Positions 1 through 12,891 of a DNA stretch of 64,000 bases are shown here, piece by piece. This stretch comes from Carcharhinus amblyrhynchos (lineage: Eukaryota). The notes below the pieces were generated by a model. The model was given only the letters and a program-made list of their open reading frames with translations, did not search any database and had not been told where the DNA came from. Within the stretch, counting starts at the first letter, position 1. Every line of letters starts with the position of its first letter. The DNA lies in the NCBI GenBank assembly GCA_965287045.1, contig OZ336885.1, positions 17,236,001 through 17,300,000 on the forward strand, written 5' to 3'. The position numbers and the translations under genes are program-made.

Positions 1-84
1 GTTCCTCTCAATGATGATTCCTGTAGATATAAAGGCCAATCAAAATAATAAAAACATCTATCAAGGAAAATAAATAATAAAAAC

Positions 85-850
85 CATTACAGGGAGGCTG
101 AACAAACTAGGATTGTTTTCTCTGGAGAGGCTGAGGGGAGACCTGATAGATATCTATCTAATTATGAAAGGCATAATTTTGGTTGAAAGTCAGAATCTTT
201 TTTCCAGAGTTGAAATGTCTAATACTAGACATTTAGGGCATGCACCTAAGTCGGGGAATGCAATGGCCTAGTGATATTATTGCTAGACAATTAATCCAAC
301 AACTCTGTTTTGGGGACTCAAGTTCGAATCCCACCACAGCAGATGGTGAAATTCAAATTCAGTAAAATAAATCTGAAAATAAGTATCTATAGATGACTGT
401 GAAACCATAGTTGATTGTCGGAAAAACCCATCTGGTTCACTAATGTCCCTTAGGGAAGGGAATCTGCCATCCTTACCTGATCTGGCCTCCATGTGATTCC
501 AGAGCTACAGAAAGTGGTTGACTCACAAATGTTCTCCAGGGAAACTAGGGACAGGCAATAAATATTGGCCAGCCAGCAATGCCCATGTTTCACGAATGAC
601 TAAAAAAAAAGGTGAGGGGGGCAAAGCTCAAAGGAGACATGAGGGGCAATTTTTTCATGAATGGTAGGTGTCTGTAATGTACTGCCTACAATAGGGGCAT
701 TTGAGGGGCTTTTAGATAAGCACATGAATATGCAAGGAATAGAGGGGATAAGAATATTGCAAAAGGGATTAGTTTCATTTGCCTTCATGTTCGGCACAGC
801 ATCTCGGGCTGAAGGATCTGTTCCTGTGCTGTATTGTTCTATGTTCTATG
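85..850 (+). mobile_element. Old CR1/HER1 LINE 3' fragment, split by a SINE at 253-610
   Basis: Degenerate CR1 ORF2 C-terminal motifs (LGLFSLE..LRGDLI) and a ttctatg-type tail at ~835-850. Confidence 0.75.
253..610 (+). mobile_element. tRNA-derived SINE, non-HE1 family (here family C)
   Basis: A box tggcctagtga, B box gttcgaatcc, conserved body, 3' A tail; other copies across the window. Confidence 0.85.
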
Positions 851-1306
851 TTATATCTATTGGAATGTGGCAAGAGAAATGCAGCTGCATTTGCTGGTAA
901 CTTATGCGCTCAAACAAATACATGTGGGCGGTGTTTTTTGTGCCCTCACTGTGCATTTTGCGGAGGCAGCCCACCAGTCAATGGCAGGATGTTCTTGCTC
1001 CCATTGTTGTCAACAGGGCTTCCCGTTGGCTGAACTCTCTGCCACTTGTAATCAGCCATTGCTGGGGCCAGGACACCCCGCTGGTGTGAACAGCCAGAAA
1101 ATTCCAGCGAAAAGCTTTCAACAAGACCTGTAGAAAACAAAATAACGCAGTTTGGTATCATAAACCTCTGAAATCACAATTAGGTGCAATGCAAAGATCA
1201 TCATCTTTGTGAAATTAATGTGGTTATGTTAAAAGTATTTAATTGAAAACAGTGCTCAAGATTACGGAAGTTGTTTTTTTTTTGAAATCTTATTCGTTCT
1301 ATCAGA

Positions 1307-1616
1307 GGGTGGCACGGTGACACAGTGGTTAGCACTGCTGCCTCACAGCTCCAAGAAGCCAGGTTCGATTCCCAGCTTGGGTCACTGTCTGTGCGAAGTC
1401 TGCATGTTCTCCCCATGTCTATGTGGGTTTCCTCCAGATGGTCTGGTTTCCTCCCACAGTCCAAAAGATGCGTGGTTAGGTGCTAAATTCTCCCGCTGTA
1501 CAAGTGCCTGAGTGTGACGACTAGGGGATTTTCACAGTAACTTCATTGCAGTGTTAATGTAAACCTACTTGTGACACTATTAAATAAACTTTAAAAATAA
1601 ATAAACTTTAAACTTT
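1307..1616 (+). mobile_element. HE1-type V-SINE, tail type B
   Basis: Head gggtggcacggtgacacagtggttagc...ggttcgattcc, V-domain gggtttcctcc..ggtttcctcccacagtccaaa, tail ...cttgtgacactattaaataaac. Confidence 0.9.
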
Positions 1617-3524
1617 AAAACAGCTTCCAGTGTCTCTAATTAACCAGACACATGAAATTACTGCAACCAATAAAGATTCATAGTCAAAGTTATTTTATAT
1701 TTACTCATGTTGCTTCAAAAGTAAAGAAAAAAATGTTTTTCAAGTTCCATTAAGGATTTTTTTTACAGGTGACAGTTTCTGCTCTTGAACAACAAGTTGT
1801 TCAATAAACTCTGCACGTTCTATTATTATCGCAGATTAATTTCATAATTCACCCATTTTGGGTCTCTCAAGTGCTGGGTATTGCCTGGTGAGAGAATATG
1901 CCATTAGTCTACCTGAAATCAAAGGTTAAAACTTGGCAAAACTCATTAGCAACAAGTGCTTCAGAGGTAAATCACATCCAGCTCCTGCACGCCTGAAGAA
2001 TGCCGTTACAGGGAGAGCTTTACGCATCATTGGAAGGCCTGAGCTTGCTTTCAAACTGACGGTGAGTGTCATGAGCCAATGCGTGATAGGAATGTGCATA
2101 CTTTCATTCCAATGTCATTGGTAATAAATGCCCCAGGACTACATGGAATGGACATTAGTTCAGTACTGGCTTGAAGATCCTTTGTCAGAATAGAATGTGA
2201 GGCCAGTAGGTTGAGAATGTATGCTGGGCGTCCATAGGCAGCCCCCTCTCTCCCCCTACCCTTGCCAAAATCAGAATTGGATTTCAGGTTGGCACTGGGA
2301 AGAACTCGCTGATCCCAATTATTTTAATTCTAATATGGAAATATAATGTAAGATCTGATCAATTTGAATCAGAGTCATTTTGAGTTCCACCAGATAAAAG
2401 CTAATGCATGACTTTTGTTTGTGTATCCGGCTCCTGAGATATATTCCAAAAACTGACTCCACAGACAGACTTAGAACACAGATATGTATTTGCAGGTCTC
2501 ACTCTCTCCACTTTCTCACTCCTACTGCCCTCCCAGGTGGTCTCCAGCAGATCGCCAGGCCAATTCCCTTAAAGGAGCTGCACCCCTAATATACATAACA
2601 GTTTTGAAGCATATCTATAAACCATCCAGGGAATACATTATAAGCACAGATAGCTATGGGCACGAGAGGAATGGAGCTAATAGGGCGGTTCAGAGTTCTT
2701 GAAGACAAGTCAGGGAGGGGGACAACAATTGGCAGGAAAATCAAAGGGGGAGAGCTAGGTGGGGCTGGCAATGGTTTATAACATTGCTGTTGAACTGTGA
2801 GGAACACCCCAGTTTGTTATCGCTCCACCTTGGGTACATACCTTTTAACCAAACGTACTTTTTTGCCGGCAGCCTCCAAGAAAGGGATCCCTGGTTAGGC
2901 TATTTGAAGGCCGTGTTTTCCTGGGTACAGACCGGTGTTGCAAAGTGGAATTCAGAAATGCTTTAAGACTCTTGCATTTGCAAAGACCCTAACACTTCCT
3001 CCAGTTACGTTTCAGGAATATTGCACCACCTTGCATGCTTTGGCCCAGTTTTATGATTGTGTAACAGTGCAATGTCAAACAATCTCTTGGTCGATATGTC
3101 TCCAACTTCATTTCATCATCTCAAACTGATGGATAGGTGGAAACTATTGTGTAGGACTTGAAAGTAGCTGAGGAATATTCTAAATCTTCTGAAAATTGCC
3201 TTTGTGAGGAACATCTTCTGTTATGACCTTACTGAGATTTAGTAAATTACTTTGAATAACTTCATTACCTTGACAACAAACAGTAGAAGGTCTTCAGTAA
3301 CTAATGTTCTCAATAATCTTATATATCACAATAGCACACAGTAAGATCTGTTTTTTTAATGAAGCTATTACTTCCTGCTATCATTTTAATGCATCCCAAT
3401 TTGTCCCTATTCACATTAGTATACCAGACCTACAATGATTATGTAGCAAATCCCTCATTTATTCCTTCTTGAGAAAAGGCTGGCAAAGGTTCTTCAGTTA
3501 AATGCAAGCCTGAATATTTTCTTG

Positions 3525-3862
3525 TTCATAGGATCCCTATACTGCAGAAGGAGACCACTTGGCCCATCAAGTTGGCACCTATTCTCCAAAAGAGCATTTT
3601 GCCAGGCCCTATTCCTGTAATCCCACATATTTACCCTGCTAATCCAATTAGCATAGGCATCCTGGAACAGTAAGGGGAAATTTTAGCAAGGCCAATCCAT
3701 CTGACCGCTCATCTTTGGAATGTCGGAGGAAACCGGAGCACTTGGAGGAAACCCACACAGTCACAGGGAGAACTTACAAACTCCACACAGACAGTCAGCC
3801 AGGGCCAGTATTGAACTCGGGTTCGATGGAGCTGCAGGGCAGCAGTGCTAACCACTATCCTC
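3525..3862 (-). mobile_element. HE1-type SINE, CR1-tail type A
   Basis: Reverse complement of HE1 head, V-domain and HER1/CR1-like tail. Confidence 0.85.
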
Positions 3863-4299
3863 CATGATCTCTTTCCACTGTCCAGAAAGACAAAGCTCTG
3901 TAAAATTTATCGGGAATAGGTGGTTTTACCAATTTCCTTGTCATGTATGTGAGAATGTAGCCCTCATCAAAATAATATTGGTTAATTTAAAAATTCAGAC
4001 ATCAAGCTGTTTACAAACTATTGGGGATGTTATTTCAGAGCGATATTAGTCATTTCAAAGCTTGGGTTTATTTATTTTGAAAGAAAAATGTCCTGTTATA
4101 ATTTCCAACTTAGCACATTTAGAAGAAAATATTTCCTTTAAATGTGAATCATGTTCCATTGCTGAATTTAAATGAAGCTGACTATGTGAGTGTGGATTTT
4201 GCAACTTCTTCAGGCTAATTTGTTCTAAAGAAAGAGGAAAATAAGCCACATGATAAATACTTAGCTGAATTCCGCTTTTGGTTTGCTTGGATTTGCAAG

Positions 4300-4465
4300 G
4301 TCGGGACAGGACTGACATTAAAGAGAGAAACCACACTAATGCCTTCCTCAAAGATGCCTACGATTTGCAGATTGATGACGAGTTAAATGTCAGTGACCCT
4401 ACTGAACAGCTTAGCTACATTGAGTTGCACATGCCATCACAGCGACAAAAGGAGACAGAGAAAAG
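4300..4465 (+). CDS. Candidate coding exon of an unidentified gene; cytoplasmic-tail-like peptide with ITIM-like LSYIEL
   Basis: ttggatttgcaag|GT acceptor, AAG|gttatt donor; only the phase-1 frame is open (RDRTDIKERNHTNAFLKDAYDLQIDDELNVSDPTEQLSYIELHMPSQRQKETEK); unique sequence. Both splice sites are non-optimal. Confidence 0.3.
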
Positions 4466-4711
4466 GTTATTGGTGTTGAAACAAATATCTCTAAATACTT
4501 GGCTGTATCTATAATAGTCTCAAGTATTGCATCTTAACCGGCTGTTTTATGGCAGCCACTTACTTTCAAAGAAAAAAATTCCTGTTTCATATGTCAGCAG
4601 AGCGACATGAGGATAGCAAAGAAACAAAATAGACAAAAAGATGCATATTAGCAGAGGTATGAAAGTCTGTATTTCCTCCTTTTCTTGCCTTTACTCTGTA
4701 GTATTCCATAG

Positions 4712-4775
4712 TGAGATAGGAATGGAGCTACAAACTACATCAAATGGAAATACTTCCGCAAGCAGAAAGGCATGA
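4712..4775 (+). CDS. Candidate terminal exon following 4300-4465
   Basis: Long pyrimidine tract at 4672-4697. The AG at 4710-4711 is phase-compatible, giving SEIGMELQTTSNGNTSASRKA*; the AG at 4700-4701 would give SIP*. Confidence 0.2.
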
Positions 4776-5149
4776 TGCTATTAAAGAACAACATGTTTAC
4801 AGGGATAAGGCATGCAAAGGGAATTAGTCCTATGAACCGCAAATTGAGACCTGATGTAAGAAACAACATTGTCTCAGTTGTTTCTTCTGCAACATTCGTA
4901 AACACTATGGCCAGGACTTTGCATCCAAATTCACTACAGGTGCAAATGGTGCTCAGGAAGGTTGGGTATCTCACTTAAATACATTTTCACCTCATTAGCA
5001 GGCTTCCTGGTGCGTCGTCCCCTCCACGTTGGGTTCTCTACCTTCACCATCAGGATGCCATGTTGGCAAAGTGTAAAACGGGTTTTTTAAAAACAGGACC
5101 CAGGGAAAGGGAAGTGGCCACACAGTATCCTGGTACTATCACTTGCCTT

Positions 5150-5390
5150 TGCAGCGTGGCACCATGGTACTGCCCATGGCACTGCCCAATGGCAACCTGG
5201 CACTGCCCCATGTCACCCTGGCACTGTCCCCTGAAACGTCCTCTGGAAACATCACCCCGGCACTGCTCCCTGACACTGCTCCCCTGGCGCCCTGGCATTA
5301 CTATGTGGCACCCTGGCACTGCCCCACAGCACTGTCCCTGGCACTGCCCCACAGTACTGCCCCAGGGCACTCCAGCACTGCCCCGCCACC
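5150..5390. repeat. Degenerate minisatellite of TGGCACTGCCC-like units (~16 copies)
   Basis: Motif visible directly; explains the Cys/Pro/Trp-rich spurious ORFs at 5050-5455. Confidence 0.85.
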
Positions 5391-5904
5391 CTAGTGATTG
5401 CTGTAGAAAATCTCAACCAAGAAAAAGGTTAAAAGACCAAATGAGGGCTTTATAAACACTGAAATAATGTTCCAAAAGCTAAAATGAACTTGTTATTGTT
5501 GGAGATTTCTATCCCACTGATTTTCACCATCTTCGATTAATCATGTATTTGATTGAATTTACAGATAGTTTTGTATGTCCATTGGCTTCTTATTGACCTT
5601 GACTAAAGGCACCCTTTAGGACAAATCAAAATTAAATTTCTCTTTTATCATATCCTGGAAGAGTGCCTGGCTTACATCATAGTTAATGATTCAGAAATGA
5701 AATGATGGCTTTCAAATTTAAAATTACAGAGAACCGGATTTTAAAAGTTGTTTGAAGATTGCCATGGTGACGGCAATAGCATTAAGACCATTTTATAGTT
5801 ACATCATGGAAAATTTTCTCTTTAAAGAGCAATTGTTACCTGAAAAGAGTTCCAATGAAAAAAAATTGATAGACCTCGATATTTCAGGCAGCATTCTCAT
5901 GCCC

Positions 5905-6645
5905 TTAGTCTGGAGCAACGTTCCCGGGATAGCAGGACTGTCCTATATGAAAGTGGATTTGGGAACCGGGGCCTGTACTCTCTGAAATTTCAAAGAATGA
6001 GAGGTGGTCTCATTGAAACCCACAAAATACTGAAAGGAATAGACAGGCTGGGTGTTTCCCTTGGCTGGGGAGCCTAGAACCAGGTGGCACAATTACAACA
6101 CAAGGGGAATGCTACTTAGGACTGAGATGAGGAGAAATTTCTTTACACAGAGGGCTGTGAATCTTTGAAATTCTGTTACCCAGAAGGCCGTGAAATTGAG
6201 TAGTTTTTAAGCAGAGGTTGAGAGATTTGTAAATATCAATGACATGAGGGAATATGGGGGAATTGATAAAGGGGGGGCGGTTTAGAACAGAGTTGAGGAG
6301 GAACTTCTTCACTCAAAGGGTGGTGAATCTCTGGAATTCTCTGCCCGTTGAAGTGGTGGAGGCTGCCTCGCTAAATATTTTTAAGATGTGGGTTGATGGG
6401 TTTTTGATAAGAAAGGGGATTAAGGGTTATGGGGAGAGGGCGGGAATGTGGAACTGAGCCACGACAGATCAGCCATGATCTTATTGAATGGCGGGGCAGG
6501 CTCGAAGGGCTAGATGGCCTACTCCTGCTCCTATTTCTTATTTCTTATGTAAAGGCATTGAAATGGATGATCACCCAACATCATATTGAATGATGGAGCA
6601 GGCTGAATGGGCTAAAGTGACTATTTCTGCTCCTTCGTTCCTAAA
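5905..6645 (+). mobile_element. Old CR1 3' fragment with a young CR1 nested inside
   Basis: Degenerate ORF2 C-terminus; the old 3' UTR resumes at ~6551. Confidence 0.75.
6265..6550 (+). mobile_element. Young CR1 LINE, 5'-truncated
   Basis: KGGRFRTELRRNFFTQRVVNLWNSLP; near-identical to 10117-10754 and 12892-13915; TTCTTATG-type tail. Confidence 0.95.
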
Positions 6646-6685
6646 CAACTGGAAGTAGTGAAGGAGATAATTATCTATACTGGAA

Positions 6686-6990
6686 GATAGAATAGAATAG
6701 AATACCTACAGTGCAGAAGGAGGCCATTCGGCCCATTGAGCCAGCACCGACAACAATCCCACCCTATCCCTGTAACCCCACATATTTTCCCAATAATTTT
6801 CCTGACACCCCCGAACACCAAGGGACAATTTAGCATGGCCTATCCATCTAACCTACACATTTTTGGACTGTGGGAAGAAACCGGAGCACCCAAAGGAAAC
6901 CCATGCAGGCATGGGGAGAATGTGCAAACTTCACACAGACAGTCACCCGGGCCATGTCCCTGGCACTATGAGGCAGCAATACCCACGCTG
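6686..6990 (-). mobile_element. HE1-type SINE, type A
   Basis: atagaatag tail, V-domain and head in reverse orientation. Confidence 0.85.
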
Positions 6991-7434
6991 CCCCAATGGG
7001 AACCTATGTGCAGGATCATACTGCTGTTTGGTCAGTACCCTTTAACATTCTTGCTGCTGATTGGTCAACTGTGCAGAATAGGTGGTAATTATTTCTTGAG
7101 TAAAGAAAACCAGATGTCACTGATGAGAAGGCCATTTTCTTCAGGGATGATGTAGTCCATGTGAGGTGGAAACAATGTACAGGACGTTGACTCTTAATTT
7201 AGTTGAAGTAATTTGTGAGTGAGTGAGTAATAGGTGGACCAGTGTTAATCCATTATGAAGAAACTCTTGACTTGAAGTGTAGTCTTAATACTGGAGAGAA
7301 TTAATTTATATAAGGAATTTGTCAAGAATAAGAGATATTCTCAAGCTTGGGGTGGGTTGAAGACTCTGACCACTGGTCTTATGTTGTTTTGTCCTTGGTA
7401 TTCATCGAGAAGGCGTTGGAGACAGCTGGATGTG

Positions 7435-7660
7435 TCTGATCCTGTCAGAAATATATACATTTTAATTAGATTCCCTCTCATTCTTCTAAATCCCAGTGAA
7501 TACAGGCCCAGTTGACCCAATCTTTCCTCATAAAACAATCCTGCACCCCAGGAATCAGACTGGTGAACATCAACTACTTTCCCTCTATGGCAATGATGTC
7601 TTTTCTTAAATAAGGAAGCCAGAACCATACACAATAATACAGGCATGGTGTCACCAAAGA
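7435..7660 (-). mobile_element. CR1 ORF2 fragment
   Basis: YEERLGQLGLYSLGFRRMRGNLI. Confidence 0.8.
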
Positions 7661-8295
7661 GTTATAATTAAGCTTCATTAGTTACACAAATGTGTCAATG
7701 AGGTGAAGTCTAACACTAGGATCTTTCATTCTCAACTTACTTATCTGGAGCAATACTGGTGCACATCTATAGTGTTGTGGGTAATTTTAAATACAATGTC
7801 AAACATTTTGTCAGTGGTAAGACTGATAGGAAGTCCTGTCCTTTTGAGGAAACACCTCAAACTCTCAAGTTAATGTTCTTAAACGTACTTGTGGTAAACC
7901 ATATGCATTGCTCATTAATAATTATCATTTCTTTATCAGATTAATTGCACATGATCAACCATTGCAGCCAAAGACAAAGTGTGTATTGTGTCAGAATTAT
8001 GGGGTTGGGCAGGGGGAGGGAGGAGGATACAGCTCCCTCTTTGAAAACAATCTGGCTACAAGTTGCACTAAAAATTGTACAGAATTTTCAGAGAAGTTGT
8101 GGTTCAAGTTTCTGCCCAAACTCACAACAATCGCAAAAGTAAAAGCGTTCATACACCAACGCAATCAGGCAATAATTTCAAATGTAATTGCTTATATTAC
8201 CTGGCATTAAAAATATTCTGTGATATACCTAAGAATGGTGACCTCATGTGGTTTTATTGGAGCTGAAATTCAGTTTTTCACAAAGCAAACATTTT

Positions 8296-8470
8296 ATAGA
8301 TCATAGAATCCCTACAGTGTAGAAGCATGCCATTCGGCCCATCGAGTCTGCACTGACCACAATACCACCCAGCCCTATTCCTATAATACCACATACTTAC
8401 CCTGCTAATCCCTTGATACTAGGGTCAATTTAGCATGGCCAATCAACCTAACCCGCACACATATGGACTC
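8296..8470 (-). mobile_element. HE1-type SINE 3' half
   Basis: catagaatccctacagtg tail and body. Confidence 0.8.
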
Positions 8471-8639
8471 TTTTCAGCAAAAATATCTCGTGCCTCCCTA
8501 TGATGAACCTGATTTGAAATAATGGAGAATCTCTTCAAAAGCTACACAGGAGCATTTCCAAGTTTCATTTACGTACACAAGTCCATTTCTTAGTAAATTT
8601 AATATACTTCAACATCTTAAAATCTTTTAGAAGATGCCT

Positions 8640-8842
8640 GTTCTTCCCTGCTGCCGTCAGACTTTTGAATGGACCTACCTCATATTAAGTTGATCTTTCT
8701 CTCCACCCTAGCTGTGATTGTAACACCACATTCCGCATGGTCTCCTTTCCTTCTCTACATGCAGTATGCTTTGTCTGTATAATGCGCAAGGAACACTTTG
8801 TTTCACTGTATACCAATTCATGTGTAACAAATCAAGTCAAAA
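8640..8842 (+). mobile_element. Rex1/Babar LINE 3' end
   Basis: Matches the 3' end of the 17837-18368 copy (FFPAAVR, aatca tail). Confidence 0.8.
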
Positions 8843-9046
8843 TGTTTTTGCTCTTACACCCAAAGAAACCACTTTATTTTACGAACCTTCTTGAATGGCT
8901 CTGAATGGGTGCAATTGATGGAAATTTGTCCTGTTCATTAATTTATTTAGAACATGATGACTTGCGTGTGCATGGCCCAGCCACAATGCTATTTGAACCT
9001 GTTGTAAATGATGGCAGAACCTCAGTTTGTGCTGGACATATGGAAT

Positions 9047-9327
9047 TATAGAATCCTACAGTGCAGAAGGACATTTGGCTCAGGGAGTCTGCACCAACCA
9101 CCATCCCGCCCAGGCCCTATCCCCATAACCCCATATATTTACCCTAGCTACTCCCCCTGACACTAAGGGGCAATTTAGCATGGCCAATCCACCTAACCAG
9201 CACATCTTTGGACTATGGAAGGAAACAAGAGCACCCAGAGGAAACCCACACAGACACAGGGAGGATGTGCAAACTCCACACAGGCAGTGACCAAAGCCAG
9301 GAATCAAACTCGGGTCCCTGGCGCTGG
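9047..9327 (-). mobile_element. HE1-type SINE, type A
   Basis: Reverse HE1 body and tail. Confidence 0.85.
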
Positions 9328-10116
9328 TGCTCTTGTGCTCGAGATTTCTTGAACCACTTCAATACTTTGGCCAACTTCAGATGAAATGCCAGTGGAACCA
9401 AGCAGAAATTGTAACCTATAATGTTTAAGGAAATATCTTATGTTTAGATTTTAAAATACTGAAATTAATTAGGTTTAATGTATGAAGGTATTGAGTGAGA
9501 TATCACCCAAATTTATAGTGGGTAACAATACATCTGTTTCTTTTTAACATCTGCCTCAGTATTGTAAATGTACTTAAAGTCACCTAGTCATATCAGCATC
9601 TGACAGAATATATTCAATCATGTAATAGAAATCATACTAGCCGGAGCAGAAGTGCTTAGGTGAGCTATAAATTTCTGAAAAGTAGTCGACTTTGCTCTTA
9701 AAAGAAAATCTGTAGGGAAAAACAAACTTGGCAGTTACACAATAAAATCAATAGTATATTACAGCCACGCTTCCGCCAGCAAAGCCTATTGCCAAACCAT
9801 TGGGGAAAGTGCGGAGTATCACCTACAGCCTACACAGCATGTATACCGTCTGCATTTCAACATTCTTCCATTGACAACATTGGCTCGCGTTTTAACGGTA
9901 AATACCATTTGTAATTTTTACTTAATTTTTAAACTGCCTCATTTTTATTTAAGTTTATCTGTTTATTTATTCGTGTCACAAGTAGGATCACATTAACACT
10001 GCAATAAAGTTACTGTGAAAATCCTCTAGATGTCACACTGCGGTGCCTATTCGGGTACACTGAGGAAGAATTTAGTCAATGCACCTAACCAGTGCGTCTT
10101 TCGGACTGTGGGAGGA

Positions 10117-10754
10117 AACATAAGAACATAAGAACATAAGAAATAGGAGCAGGAGTAGGCCATCTAGCCCTTCGAGCCTGCCCCGCCATTCAATAAGATC
10201 ATGGCTGATCTGTCGTGGCTCAGTTCCACTTTCCCGCCCTCTCCCCATAACCCTTAATCCCCTCTCCTATCAAAAACCCATCAACCCGCGTCTTAAAAAT
10301 ATTTAGCGAGGCAGCCTCCACCACTTCAACGGGCAGAGAATTCCAGAGATTCACCACCCTTTGAGTGAAGAAGTTCCTCCTCAACTCCGTTCTAAACCGC
10401 CCCCCTTTTATGTTGAGGCTGTGCCCCCTAGTCCTACTGTCTTTTTTGAGCGGGAAGAGTCTTTCCACCTCTATCCTAGCCATCCCATTCATCATCTTAT
10501 ACGTCTCAATGAGATCTCCCCTCATTCTTCTAAACTCTAACGAGTACAAGCCCAGTTTATTCAGCCTCTCCTCATAGCTCAACCCCCTCAACTCCGGTAT
10601 CAGCCTAGTAAACCTCCTCTGCACTCCCTCCAAGGCCAAAATATCTTTGCGCAGGTGCGGCGCCCAAAACTGCACACAGTACTCCAGCTGCGGCCTCACC
10701 AATGCCCTATACAGCTGCAGCAAGGCCTCCCTACTTTTATATTCAATCCCCCTC
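10117..10754 (-). mobile_element. Young CR1 LINE, 5'-truncated, open ORF2 C-terminus
   Basis: ORF 10220-10807: RGIEYKSRE..LEYCVQFW..RRFTRLIP..LGLYSLEFRRMRGDLIE; (aacataag)n tail. Confidence 0.95.
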
Positions 10755-10826
10755 CAAAAAAATACCAAAGCACCCAGAGGAAACCTGCGCAGACACGGGA
10801 AGAACATCCAAATTCCACAGAGACCG

Positions 10827-10954
10827 GAGCTGGAATTTTAGCAGCCAGCTCGTCACGGGAATCGGAGCGGGCGAGGGGTGGACCATGGAAAAGGCTGTTG
10901 ACCTCGGGTGGGATTTTACTGTTTCAGGACGAACGAGGCGGTGAAATCCTGCCC
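10827..10954. mobile_element. ~125 bp MITE with GGGYGRGATTTT-type TIRs
   Basis: Imperfect terminal inverted repeats; body shared with copies at 15496, 20383, 46298, 49786 and 55549. Confidence 0.75.
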
Positions 10955-11379
10955 AGGGACTCAAGTCTGGAATTGAACCCGGGTCCCTGGCACTGTGAGG
11001 CAGCAATGGAAACCATTGTGCCATTATGCTGCGGTACTTGTCCTATCGATATTGGTAAAAAGCCACAGACTGAGGGGGCATATTTATGTGCTAGTTTTCC
11101 AACAAAATTTAGGCTCAGTTGCGTTTACACTGGCAGTTTTATGTTACTATTACTTGAATAACAGCTTGATACTTAAATAAAAACTACTCAATGTAAACAA
11201 GTAGTTCATAGCTTTTGCTGTGCAGCCACTAGATTTCCTGCAGAAAGGAAACATTTGTGTTTTATTGTGTATTGATGATCATTGAACAGTAAATTTGTGT
11301 GACAAATTGCAGCAACGTGGAACATGAAGGTGCAATCTAAATCAGAGGTTTCGATTCCAACCAAATAGAAATATTTCTC

Positions 11380-11740
11380 TTGATTTGATTTATTATTGCA
11401 ACATGTATTGATATACAGTGAAAAGTATTGTTTCTTGCGCACTATACAGACAAAGCATACTGTTCATAGGGAAGGAAACTAGAGAGTGCAGAATATAGTG
11501 TTACAGTCATAGTTAGGGTGTCAGGAAAGATCAACTTAACGCAAGGTAAGTCCGCTCAAAATTCTGATGGCAGCAAGGAAGAAGCTGTTCTTGAGTCAGT
11601 TGGTACCTCAGATTTTATATATTTTTCCCAAAGGAAGAAGGTGGAAGAGAAAATGACCGGGGTGCGTGGGGTCCTTAATTATGCTGGCTGCTTTGCCGAG
11701 GCAACGGGAAGTGTAGACAGAGTGAATGGATAGGAGGCTG
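11380..11740 (-). mobile_element. Rex1/Babar LINE 3' end
   Basis: (tgatt)n tail; reverse match to 17837-18368. Confidence 0.85.
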
Positions 11741-12408
11741 TTATCTGTGTGTTTTTTCTGTGTCTGTTACCTTTTGTGTTTATTGTGCAGTAATGAACAT
11801 ACCTCACCTGAGCATAGCCACAAATGAGTGAATCAGAATGAGAAAGGAATCTTGGCATTTTGGGTGTAACTTGACAAAATTATTAAGCTATCTTTATCTT
11901 TCAAATACTGACTAATGTGCTGTGAATTTCCAACAGTTGTTTTGATTTCACTCTTTCAGCATTTGTATCATTTTTCTCTCTACAAACAATTTGAGCATTG
12001 AGATAGGAATTCTCACTGTGAGATTGGTTCTAAGAAATTTTGCATGTGGGGGCTCAATTCTCCCTCAGCTTCCCTTCTTACTCTACTCAAGGGAAAGGTG
12101 AGTATGTGGTAAGTGGTTAAGGTCTATTCTGTTCCTCATGTTTAAAATTGCACGCAAATTGGTGGTAAGATTGATGAAATATATCAAAAATGTTACACAT
12201 CAAGGATAGCAGGACAGGTGATGTGTCAAGGCTGCAGTATGTGGGAGGTCATTGGGTAACATTGTGACTCAGGGCTAACCATGTCTGCAGTTAGTGCTTA
12301 CAACTCAAGGAACTTTGGTTCAGACTCACCGAGTGGGAGGCTGATCTGCAGACACTGCAAGGAGATGGGAAAGTTACCTGAATGTTGAGCATTAGCAGGC
12401 AGTCTTAT

Positions 12409-12857
12409 AAAGAACAAAGAAAATTACAGCACAGGAACAGGCCCTTCAGCCCTCCAAGTTGCTTGACTGAACTAAAACCTCCTACCTTCCAAGGACCATA
12501 CCCCTCCATTCCCATCCTATTCATGCATTTGTAAGAGGCTTTTTAAAAGTCACTATTGTATCTGCTTCCACTACCTCCCCTAGCACTGAGTTCCAGACAC
12601 CCACCGCCCTCTGTGTAAAAAACTTGCCTCGCACATCTCTTTTAAACCTTGCCCCCACACCTTAAATCTGTGCCCCCTTGTAATTGACTCTTCCACCCTA
12701 GGAAAAAGCTTCTGATTATTCACTCTACCATGCCCCTCAAAATATTGTAAACTTCTATCAGGTCGCCCCTCGACTTCTGTTGCTCCAGTGAGAACAAACC
12801 AACTTCCCCTCATAGCTAATGCCCTCCATACCAGGCAACACCCTGGTCAATCTTATG
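12409..12857 (-). mobile_element. CR1 3' fragment (aacaaag-tail subfamily)
   Basis: KLFPRVEESITRGHRFKV and 3' UTR. Confidence 0.85.
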
Positions 12858-12891
12858 ATAGGGCCTTCTGATTTGGCCAGGAACAGGAGGC

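Larger units (their letters stand above)
9955..11035 (-). mobile_element. HE1-type SINE, type B, interrupted by a young CR1 and a MITE
   Basis: SINE pieces 9955-10118, 10763-10826 and 10955-11035 rejoin into one copy. Confidence 0.85.

Noticed and set aside
1307-1380. tRNA genes at the A/B box motifs
   Set aside because: They are SINE heads followed by SINE bodies; no complete cloverleaf
1769-2061. Coding exon between a strong acceptor and ACG|GTGAGT
   Set aside because: Stops in all three frames from the acceptors at 1768 and 1833; at most a non-coding exon
5050-5455. Cys/Pro/His-rich metal-binding protein ORFs
   Set aside because: Produced by a stop-poor GC-rich minisatellite that is open on both strands
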